NCBI GenBank assembly: GCA_026395175.1
Contig: JAPLZF010000009.1
Coordinates: 2,290-66,289, forward strand
Length of the DNA stretch: 64,000 nucleotides
Source: Candidatus Staskawiczbacteria bacterium
GTDB taxonomy: Bacteria > Patescibacteriota > Minisyncoccia > Minisyncoccales > Staskawiczbacteraceae
Direction of reading: 5' to 3'
Translations under genes and position numbers: made by a program
Notes under the pieces: generated by a model
Database searches by the model: none
Seen by the model: only the letters and a program-made list of their open reading frames with translations
What the model was told of the DNA's origin: nothing
In this document: positions 39,451 to 47,351 of the stretch, in pieces
Layout: every line of letters starts with the position of its first letter
How positions within the stretch are numbered: the first letter of the stretch is position 1

Positions 39451-40308
39451 CTAAAATCTTAAAATCTTAATACTCTTTCTCCAAATCCTAAGAAGGAAAA
39501 ATTTATAAGGGCTCATTGTTCCCGGATACTGCCGGAAAAATTTCGGCAAAGGATTAGTTTTTTTAAAATTCATTTCGCAGCCGTGCCAAAATAATTTTTT
39601 ATAGCCGTCCACAACTATTTTCCCGTCGTATAATTGGAAAATCCTGGTCTGATATTTTGTATCTTTAAAAATTTCCTTTGGAGAATTATCTTTTATTTCA
39701 AAAAGATTAAAAAATTCTCTTTTCACAAAAAAGCCGTTCCAAAGTGTGGCAGCCACCAGTTCATATCCTTTTTTTCTAGCTAATTTAGATAGCGCAAATA
39801 AAGACGACCCTTGATTGACTTCCAAATTTCTTTCCTGAACAAAATAAATATCTGTTGGTATAGTTGAATTGAATTCTATAACCACGACTTTCGGAGAATA
39901 TGTTTTCAAGGAATCCCAAATGTGATAATCATTTCCGTCTATGTCTATACTGAGAAGGTCAAAATTTTTATCTGTCGGAGTATTTTTTAAAATATTATCT
40001 AATGTATCTTCGCCCTCAAAATTAACTTTTCTGTTCAGGCAGATATTTTGGGGCTTTACAGAATAAGTTTCGGTTAATTTTTCATATTCTTTTTCATCAG
40101 ATTCTATTAACGCGCCCGACCATCCTTTATTTTCAATTAAATTATAAGTATTGCTTAAAAATTTTCCGTCCAGCGCTCCAAACTCCACGCACTGCTTATT
40201 ATCGCTTTTTATTATTTCAAAAATCTTTTCCAAAATGCCGTCTTCCCCGTTTTGAGAATAGACATTTTTTTCAAACGAGCATAACCAATTATTTTTTTTA
40301 TTTTCCAT
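39451..40308 (-). CDS. FkbM-like methyltransferase
   Basis: YSQNGEDG, VEFGALDG..SNT, DLLSIDIDGNDY, VIEFN. Confidence 0.7.
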   Translation of the reverse strand: MENKKNNWLCSFEKNVYSQNGEDGILEKIFEIIKSDNKQCVEFGALDGKFLSNTYNLIENKGWSGALIESDEKEYEKLTETYSVKPQNICLNRKVNFEGEDTLDNILKNTPTDKNFDLLSIDIDGNDYHIWDSLKTYSPKVVVIEFNSTIPTDIYFVQERNLEVNQGSSLFALSKLARKKGYELVAATLWNGFFVKREFFNLFEIKDNSPKEIFKDTKYQTRIFQLYDGKIVVDGYKKLFWHGCEMNFKKTNPLPKFFRQYPGTMSPYKFFLLRIWRKSIKILRF

Positions 40309-40334
40309 AATCTATAATTTAATTAGTTAAAAGT

Positions 40335-41384
40335 TCAATCTACTTTCCACCATTTATCCGGAAACTTTTCTTTTATTATTTTGTCGCCTTCGCCCGGAGC
40401 AGCCAAATTCAAGCGCCTCATATCAGAATCAACCATTATTTTTACCAGCTCGTCAAATTTAATCTTCGCTTCCCAATTCAATTTGTTTTTTGCCTTCAAA
40501 GGGTCTCCGATAAGATTTTCAACTTCTGCCGGCCTGAAATATCTGTCATCAATTTCAACATATTGCTTAAAATCGCCTAATCCTGCATATTGGAATGCCA
40601 CTTCCAAAAATTCTTTCACCGAATGGCTTTCCCCTGTCGCTATGACAAAATCATCCGGCTGGTCCTGCTGCAATATCTGCCACATTGCTTCTATATATTC
40701 CTGGGAAAAACCCCAATCGCGCTTGGCATTAATGTTGCCAAGATAAATTTTCTTTTCTAACCCTGCCTTAATTTTTGCTACGGCCATAGTAATTTTTCTT
40801 GTCACAAACGTCGGCCCCCTTCTGCATCCTTCGTGATTGAATAAAATGCCGTTGCAGGCAAAAATGCCGTAAGCTTCCCTATACATTCTGGTTATATCGA
40901 AAGAAAAAACTTTTGCGCAGGCATAAGGGCTTCGAGGATGAAAAGGAGTGTTCTCATTTTGGGGCGGAGCGTTGTTGCCAAACATTTCAGAGGACGACGC
41001 CATATAAAATTTTATCGGAAGCTTGGAATTTTTAATTGCCTCCAATATTCTCAGCGTTCCCAGGCCGTCTATGTTTACGGTTGATTCTGGCATATCAAAG
41101 CTTACTTTGACGTGCGACATTGCTCCGAGGTGGTATATTTCATCCGGCTTTATCTGGTTGATCAATCGTTCCAAATTTCCGGTGTCTGAAAGGTCTCCAT
41201 AGTGCAAAAATAATTTGACATTATTCACGTGCGGATCCTGATAAAGATGGTCTATCCTTTCTGTCGTGAAAATGCTGTCCCATCTTATAATGCCATGCAC
41301 TTGATATCCTTTGTATAATAAAAATTCTGCAAGATATGAACCATCTTGCCCGGCAATGCCTGTTATTAAAGCTTTTTTTTCCAT
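40335..41384 (-). CDS. gmd: GDP-mannose 4,6-dehydratase
   Basis: [61 protein letters not shown]. Confidence 0.95.
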   Translation of the reverse strand: MEKKALITGIAGQDGSYLAEFLLYKGYQVHGIIRWDSIFTTERIDHLYQDPHVNNVKLFLHYGDLSDTGNLERLINQIKPDEIYHLGAMSHVKVSFDMPESTVNIDGLGTLRILEAIKNSKLPIKFYMASSSEMFGNNAPPQNENTPFHPRSPYACAKVFSFDITRMYREAYGIFACNGILFNHEGCRRGPTFVTRKITMAVAKIKAGLEKKIYLGNINAKRDWGFSQEYIEAMWQILQQDQPDDFVIATGESHSVKEFLEVAFQYAGLGDFKQYVEIDDRYFRPAEVENLIGDPLKAKNKLNWEAKIKFDELVKIMVDSDMRRLNLAAPGEGDKIIKEKFPDKWWKVD

Positions 41385-41389
41385 AAAAT

Positions 41390-41773
41390 TTAATTAATAA
41401 TAGGAACTCTTACTGTGTCGCTTTCATATTTTCTGCCCGCCCTTGATTCGGAAATCAAATCAAGCAAAATTGTTTTCTCAATTGCTTTGAATCTGTGAAT
41501 TGTCATCGGGGGTATTATTATAAGCTCTCCGGGCCTTAAAATTATTTTTTTGACATTTGAAGGATTGCTTGCTTTTGCGAAAAAAACTTCGAATTTTCCG
41601 GAGAGAACATAATTATACTGCGTAGAAAGCTTATGGTAATGGTTGGCCCTTACGCATCCTTTTTTCGTGACAATAAGCCCCACATGATTTATTTTTTCAT
41701 TCAATAAGTCCGATATCGACCCTCTTTTGTCTTCAAATGCGGGCTTTATTTTTTTGACAATTACTTTTTTCAT
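41390..41773 (-). CDS. Cupin-fold protein, possible NDP-sugar isomerase/epimerase
   Basis: FEDKRG, RANHYH, IPPMTIH cupin motifs. Confidence 0.7.
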   Translation of the reverse strand: MKKVIVKKIKPAFEDKRGSISDLLNEKINHVGLIVTKKGCVRANHYHKLSTQYNYVLSGKFEVFFAKASNPSNVKKIILRPGELIIIPPMTIHRFKAIEKTILLDLISESRAGRKYESDTVRVPIIN

Positions 41774-43011
41774 TTTATTATCGGGCTCGGTATTGGAATA
41801 ATAAATTTTCCTCCGGCCTTTGAAAAATTTTCGTTATTTCTGATTATTTCTTCGGCAAAATTCCAGGCGAAGATAATGCCGTAATCCGGCTTGTCTTCCA
41901 TAATTTTTTCTTCTCCCACGATAGGAATATGCATTCCCGGAGTATATCCTCCTTTTTTTATAAGAGATTTTTCTGCAATATAATCAATCAAATCTGCGCC
42001 GATTTTGCAATAATTCAGCACCGTGTTTCCTTTGGCCGGAGCTGAAATGCCTATTATTTTCTTGCCGTCTTTTTTAATGTCCCTTAAAAGATTTATCAAC
42101 ATTTCCTTGTGCAAAGCAACTTTTTTTGCAAACTCGTCTAAAGTTTCTTTATTATATATTTTTTTTTCATTCTCTAACAATATGAATTTTTCAATATTGC
42201 CCGATATCGGAATTTTTCCGGTTCTGCAGACAAAAACCCTGATTGATTTTCCATGTATGTCATATTTTTCAACATCAAAAACATCAAAATTATGCTTTTT
42301 GAAAAAATTTATCAGAGGCTTTACGGAAATGTATTCTAAATGCTCGAGATAAATCGTATCATACTCCAAATTTTCTATCAGATCAACCAAATAAGGAACC
42401 TCAAAAACAAACACCCCGTCTTCTTCTAACAAAATATCCAGAGATTTCAAAAGTCCTTCTTTGTCATCGATATGGGCGAAAACATTTGTGCCTGTGATTA
42501 TTTTTGCCCTGCCTTTTTCAATTTTTATCCTTTCAGCAACCGCAGGATTGAAAAATTCGTGCCAGGTTTCAATGTTTCTTTCATTGGCAATTTTATATAT
42601 CTCCACCGCAGGGTCTATCCCCAAAACCTCCATGCCGTTCTTTTTGAAGCCTTCCAAAAGAACTCCCACATTGCTGCCTATGTCAACTGCCAAAGATTTG
42701 TTTTTTAAATCGAATCTTTTGCAAATGGAATCGGCCATCAGAAAAAAATGCTTTTTGCCTGTTTCGGTTATGGAAGATTCATATTTATATTTGCTTCCGT
42801 AGAGCAATTTTGAATTAACAACGTATCCCAGCTGAGTTAGTCCGCAATCCTCGCACTGCAAAACATTCAGCGGAAAAAAAATTTCAGGCTCTAAAAGATC
42901 CTCAAAAGAAATAATCGCGTCGGAAGGAGGCGTAAAACCGAGGTCTAAAAATTTATATAATTTTTCTCCCCCGCACATTCTGCATGTTTTTAAAACACGG
43001 CCGAATTCCAT
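41770..43011 (-). CDS. NDP-hexose C-methyltransferase (TylCIII/TcaB9-like, Zn-binding)
   Basis: CRMC…CEDCGLTQL Zn site, DIGSNVG, NVFAH, YDTIYLEH, HGKSIR, APAKGNT, FAWNF. Confidence 0.88.
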   Translation of the reverse strand: MEFGRVLKTCRMCGGEKLYKFLDLGFTPPSDAIISFEDLLEPEIFFPLNVLQCEDCGLTQLGYVVNSKLLYGSKYKYESSITETGKKHFFLMADSICKRFDLKNKSLAVDIGSNVGVLLEGFKKNGMEVLGIDPAVEIYKIANERNIETWHEFFNPAVAERIKIEKGRAKIITGTNVFAHIDDKEGLLKSLDILLEEDGVFVFEVPYLVDLIENLEYDTIYLEHLEYISVKPLINFFKKHNFDVFDVEKYDIHGKSIRVFVCRTGKIPISGNIEKFILLENEKKIYNKETLDEFAKKVALHKEMLINLLRDIKKDGKKIIGISAPAKGNTVLNYCKIGADLIDYIAEKSLIKKGGYTPGMHIPIVGEEKIMEDKPDYGIIFAWNFAEEIIRNNENFSKAGGKFIIPIPSPIIK

Positions 43012-43037
43012 AATATTTTAAGATGACAATTATATTT

Positions 43038-44147
43038 CTATTTTAATATGAATTTTATCGCATCGCACACTGCTTCAATCTGTTCTTTTTTCAAAGCCAG
43101 CCCGCTTGGCAGATATAACCCCTGCCTGGAAATATTTTCCGTTACAGCAAGCTTTTCTTTTTTTATTTTGATATTTATTTTTTTCCAGACAGGCTGAAGA
43201 TGCAAAGGATAAAAGAACGGCCTTGTTTCTATTCTTTTTTCCAGCAATTTTTCAGCAAATGATTCGGCGTTAAATCCGGTTTTTTTATCCAAAACGATTC
43301 CGTACATCCAATAAACATTCTTGGCGTATTCTTTTTCAGCCGGCAGGCGCAACCCGCTGATTCCTTCCAGATTTTCTGTGTATTTTTTGCCGTTTTCCCT
43401 TTTTATTTTTATCAGTTTTTCAATGTTTTTCAGCTGGGCTGTTCCTATTGCCGCCTGCATATTCGTCATTCTGTAATTCCTCGCCAATTCTTCATGCAAA
43501 AATCTTCTTTTTTCAATGAAGCCGATATTCCTTAAAAGCTCCGCCCGCTCGGCATATTTTTTGTCATTAGCCAGAACCATTCCTCCTTCTCCGGTACTTA
43601 TAATTTTATTGGCATAAAAGCTGAAGCAGGAAATATCGCCGAAACTTCCGCATTTTTTTCCGTAATATTCTGCACCAATCGCTTCTGCCACGTCCTCAAT
43701 TATTTTTAATTTGCGCTTTTTGGCTATTTTCAAAATTGGTTCCATATTACATGGATACCCATAAATATGGACAACCATTATGGCTTTGGTTTTTTTGGTG
43801 ATTTTTTCTTCTATTTTTTCAGGGTCAATGTTCCATGTATCTTCTTTGCAATCAACAAAAACCGGAACCAACCCATTGGCAACCACGGCCGAGGCGCAGC
43901 TTATTATTGTAAAAGACGGCAATATTATTTCGTCACCCGGCGCAAAATTAAGAGCGCCGACAGCCACCTCCAAAGCGGCTGTTCCGGAAGAAACAGCAAC
44001 CCCGTATTTTTTGCCGATATAAGAACTGAATTTATTTTCAAATTCTTTCACAAAAGGGCCTTCAGAAGAAATCCAGCCGGAATTAATGCATTCGGCTAAA
44101 TACTTTTTTTCATCGCTTATGAATAATGGCTCGTTGACAGGAATCAT
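43038..44147 (-). CDS. DegT family aminotransferase, perosamine synthase-like
   Basis: MIPVNEP, GWISSEG, SSGTAAL, EDVAEAIG, FSFYANKIISTGEGGM, NYRMTNMQAAIG, ETRPFF. Confidence 0.88.
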   Translation of the reverse strand: MIPVNEPLFISDEKKYLAECINSGWISSEGPFVKEFENKFSSYIGKKYGVAVSSGTAALEVAVGALNFAPGDEIILPSFTIISCASAVVANGLVPVFVDCKEDTWNIDPEKIEEKITKKTKAIMVVHIYGYPCNMEPILKIAKKRKLKIIEDVAEAIGAEYYGKKCGSFGDISCFSFYANKIISTGEGGMVLANDKKYAERAELLRNIGFIEKRRFLHEELARNYRMTNMQAAIGTAQLKNIEKLIKIKRENGKKYTENLEGISGLRLPAEKEYAKNVYWMYGIVLDKKTGFNAESFAEKLLEKRIETRPFFYPLHLQPVWKKINIKIKKEKLAVTENISRQGLYLPSGLALKKEQIEAVCDAIKFILK

Positions 44148-45343
44148 AGGTTTAATGCTTCATTTATAGCATTTTCCCACTTGTTTGTAAACGATTCCCT
44201 GGTTATGCCTTCTGCCATTTTTTTGGCGTTTTTAACCAAGTTTTCCCTTAAATTGCCGTCTGTCCACAACTGGTAAATTTTTTCCGCCATATCTTCGGGT
44301 AAAAAAGGGTTGAATAAAAGACCGGCATTGCCAACCTCTTCTGGCATCGCAAAAAGATTCGAGCATAAAACTGGCGTTCCTAAAACAATGGCCTCTAATG
44401 GCGGAATGCTGGTTGGGCCTATCAGCGTCGGAAAAACCAATGCCCAAGATTTTTTATACAGCGCGACAATTTCCTCGTCTGGCGCATATCCTAAATGAAA
44501 AATCTGATTTTTTATTCCTGATTTTTCCGCCAACTCCATAACTTTTAAATAATTTTTTTTATTTGCTCCCGGGTCTCCCGCCAAAACTAAATTTACCTCT
44601 GCTTTATATTTGTCTTTTATTATTTTCAAGGATTTTATCAGCCTCAAATGATTTTTATGGAACCAGAATTGGGCCGGATAAAAAATAAATTTTTCAGGCA
44701 GGTTATATTTTGAAAGCAGGCTGTCAACAACTTTTTCATCCATATTTTTTAGTTCATAGACATATCCTGGCGGAATAAGAGGCGCAATCATAATTTTTTC
44801 CTTCGGAATTTTATAAAATTTATTCAAGTCATCAGCCCCCTGTTTTGATTCCACTGCGCTCAAAACCGAATTTTCAGCGGAACATTTGTAAACAATGTCC
44901 CTTTTTATTCTTGCCTTGAAATTATATTCTGGAAAATTATGATAATACTTATGCATAATATCGGGAATGGAAACAATATAGGGTATTTTATTTTCAAAGC
45001 CGAACAAAAGAGGAAAAGGGATAATCAAAAGGTCTATGCCGGAATTTTTTATAGTATCTTTATTTTTTTTATTCGGCGCAAAAAAGGGTCTGCCTAACAA
45101 AACATTGATTATTGTTTTTATTTTTCCCATAAAACTGTTCTGGCTTCCGTCAAGCGGAATAAAATTGACATTATCAAGATTTTTTGCCTTTAAAAATTCT
45201 TTCGGAGATTCTTTGTCAAAATACAAAATAGTGTAATTAAAATCACCGCAATAATTGATCAACCCCTCGATTATGCTCAACCCATACTGAAAAACGCCCA
45301 TCTTCCTTGAAACTGAAAATAAAATTCCTATATTCTTTTTCAT
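44144..45343 (-). CDS. GT4 glycosyltransferase
   Basis: PDIMH, YPAQFWFHKNH, LVFPT, IPPLEA..LGTPV. Confidence 0.85.
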   Translation of the reverse strand: MKKNIGILFSVSRKMGVFQYGLSIIEGLINYCGDFNYTILYFDKESPKEFLKAKNLDNVNFIPLDGSQNSFMGKIKTIINVLLGRPFFAPNKKNKDTIKNSGIDLLIIPFPLLFGFENKIPYIVSIPDIMHKYYHNFPEYNFKARIKRDIVYKCSAENSVLSAVESKQGADDLNKFYKIPKEKIMIAPLIPPGYVYELKNMDEKVVDSLLSKYNLPEKFIFYPAQFWFHKNHLRLIKSLKIIKDKYKAEVNLVLAGDPGANKKNYLKVMELAEKSGIKNQIFHLGYAPDEEIVALYKKSWALVFPTLIGPTSIPPLEAIVLGTPVLCSNLFAMPEEVGNAGLLFNPFLPEDMAEKIYQLWTDGNLRENLVKNAKKMAEGITRESFTNKWENAINEALNL

Positions 45344-45348
45344 GATTG

Positions 45349-46086
45349 CTATATTTTTTTGGCAACAATAAATATGTTCCAATTATCTTCTGAAATTTTT
45401 GAATTCAAATCCATAAAATTGCAGATTTTGATTATTTTAAACCCGTTTTTTGCAAAAAAATATTCCAGTTCCGGCAGATACCAAAATCGTATTTTGTGGT
45501 TTTCGTTTATTTTTATAATTCCATCTTTAAAAATTTTAAAATTTATATCGACAATGCTTTTTTCTATGTCTAATTTCTGCCCGGTCTTTCTTATAAATCC
45601 GCCGATTGTTTTTTCTCTGTCTTCCGGACGATTTTTCAAGACAGCCGGCCCGTACCAGCAATCAAAAGCAAACAAGGCATTCTTTTTCAATAAACGTCCT
45701 GTATTTTTAATCGTATTTTCCATAGCTTCGTTTTCCGCCATATAGCCTAAAGTATTGAACATAGCCATCGCAAAATCAAATTTTCCACCAGCCTTGAAAT
45801 TGGAAATATCCGCTATTTTAAATTTGATATCCGCATTTTCTTTTTTGGCTTTCTGCTTTGCAATTTCAATCATTTTCGGCGATTTATCCACTCCCAAAAT
45901 TTTGAATCCGGATTTTGCCAAAATAATATCGTGGCTTGCTGTTCCGCAACCCAAACTCAAAATATTTCCAACTTTTATTGAAGAATATTTTTTTATAACA
46001 TTTTTTAAGAAATCTGCCTCTTTTTTATAATCTTTATTCTCATAAACTTTATCATAAAAATCAGCATATTTTTGAAAATTAGCCAT
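45349..46086 (-). CDS. SAM-dependent methyltransferase, TylM1/DesVI-like (amino-sugar N-methyltransferase)
   Basis: YADFYDKVYENKDYKKEADFL N-terminus, LSLGCGT, MFNTLGY, FDCWYG. Confidence 0.7.
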   Translation of the reverse strand: MANFQKYADFYDKVYENKDYKKEADFLKNVIKKYSSIKVGNILSLGCGTASHDIILAKSGFKILGVDKSPKMIEIAKQKAKKENADIKFKIADISNFKAGGKFDFAMAMFNTLGYMAENEAMENTIKNTGRLLKKNALFAFDCWYGPAVLKNRPEDREKTIGGFIRKTGQKLDIEKSIVDINFKIFKDGIIKINENHKIRFWYLPELEYFFAKNGFKIIKICNFMDLNSKISEDNWNIFIVAKKI

Positions 46087-46088
46087 AT

Positions 46089-46838
46089 TCAGAGCTTATA
46101 TCCGGCTTTTCTTGCGGTTTTTCCGCAAATCAGCCCGAATATCTTTAATTCTAATGTTGAAAAATAATTTTTATAATCTCCCACTATCCCTTTTCTGAAT
46201 TCAGAATTTTTTTTGTCTTCCTGCCCTTTTTTTCTTCCGGTAATTTTTTCAAAAGAAAATTTTTCAATTGCTTCGTCTATAATATTATATTCTGCGCTAA
46301 CGTTAATATAGTCCAAAATTTTCAAAAGCGTTTTTTTCGTTTCAGCGGACAAATCCTCATATTTTACATGGAAAGGCAAATTTTTTCCTTGCGATGAATA
46401 ATAGCTGGTCCAGCCTTTGGCTGTCAAAACATAATCTATTATCCTGATTTTGGTGGCTATTGTCCAAAATATTTTGCCTTTTATATTTTTCCATTTTGCG
46501 GATTTAGCTCCGTTTTTATGCCACCAAAGAGCTGAAACAGCCACGTCGCGCGGGTCTCTGGTCAAAAAAATAACTTTGCCGGAAAAATTTGCTTCTCTTA
46601 TGGGCAGGTTATGGGTTTTAACCACCAAATCATACCGGGTTTTCTTTCTGCCGGGAATATTGCCGTTTGTATTTTCTATTATGTATTCTGAAAAAGAGCA
46701 GTCTTTTCCGCGAATTAAGCTGTACGGCTCGATGTATCTGGCATTCAAAATATAACAAAGCATATAGCTCAGCCACCCCTGGCCAGACCTTCCGTAATCT
46801 GAAATTAAAATTATCCTGTCGCTAGAGCTTGATTTCAT
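46089..46838 (-). CDS. PAPS-dependent sulfotransferase
   Basis: 5'-PSB-like SDYGRSGQGWL, VKTH, 3'-PB RDPRDVAVS, KYEDL, C-terminal FRKGIVGDYKNYF. Confidence 0.85.
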   Translation of the reverse strand: MKSSSSDRIILISDYGRSGQGWLSYMLCYILNARYIEPYSLIRGKDCSFSEYIIENTNGNIPGRKKTRYDLVVKTHNLPIREANFSGKVIFLTRDPRDVAVSALWWHKNGAKSAKWKNIKGKIFWTIATKIRIIDYVLTAKGWTSYYSSQGKNLPFHVKYEDLSAETKKTLLKILDYINVSAEYNIIDEAIEKFSFEKITGRKKGQEDKKNSEFRKGIVGDYKNYFSTLELKIFGLICGKTARKAGYKL

Positions 46839-47349
46839 ATTTTTTTTCTAAAATTTTTATTATTTCACCCAAAGAATCTTCAATGGAAACTTTATCTGTC
46901 ATAATTTCCAAATCAGAATTTTTTGGAATTTCATATGGGGAATTCTCTGAAAATCCGATCAGATTTTTAATTTCTCCGGTTTTTGCTTTTTTATATAATC
47001 CTTTAATGTCGTTTTTTATCAAAATATCCAAAGGGCAGTTCAAAAATATCTCTAAATATTTTTTATTAAAAATTTTGCGCGCTTTGTCCCGCGTTTCCTG
47101 ATAAGGAGAAATTGCAGACACTATTATAAAATCATAATCTTTTTTTGCCTTTTGGCAGTAAGAAATTATATTGTAATTATTATCTAAAATATCTTTTTTG
47201 GCAAATTCATTTTTTTTATTATTTTTTTCCCGGAAGATATCCCCATCAAGCTGAAAAACCGAAAAGCCGGCTTTTTCCAAAACTTCCTTAAGACAAGCTG
47301 ACAAAGTTGATTTTCCCGACCCGGATAGCCCGGTAAGCCAAATTACCAT
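46822..47349 (-). CDS. cysC: Adenylyl-sulfate (APS) kinase
   Basis: WLTGLSGSGKST P-loop, LDGD..R, ISPY, KGLYKKA..GEI, PYEIP. Confidence 0.9.
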   Translation of the reverse strand: MVIWLTGLSGSGKSTLSACLKEVLEKAGFSVFQLDGDIFREKNNKKNEFAKKDILDNNYNIISYCQKAKKDYDFIIVSAISPYQETRDKARKIFNKKYLEIFLNCPLDILIKNDIKGLYKKAKTGEIKNLIGFSENSPYEIPKNSDLEIMTDKVSIEDSLGEIIKILEKKYEIKL

Positions 47350-47351
47350 AA

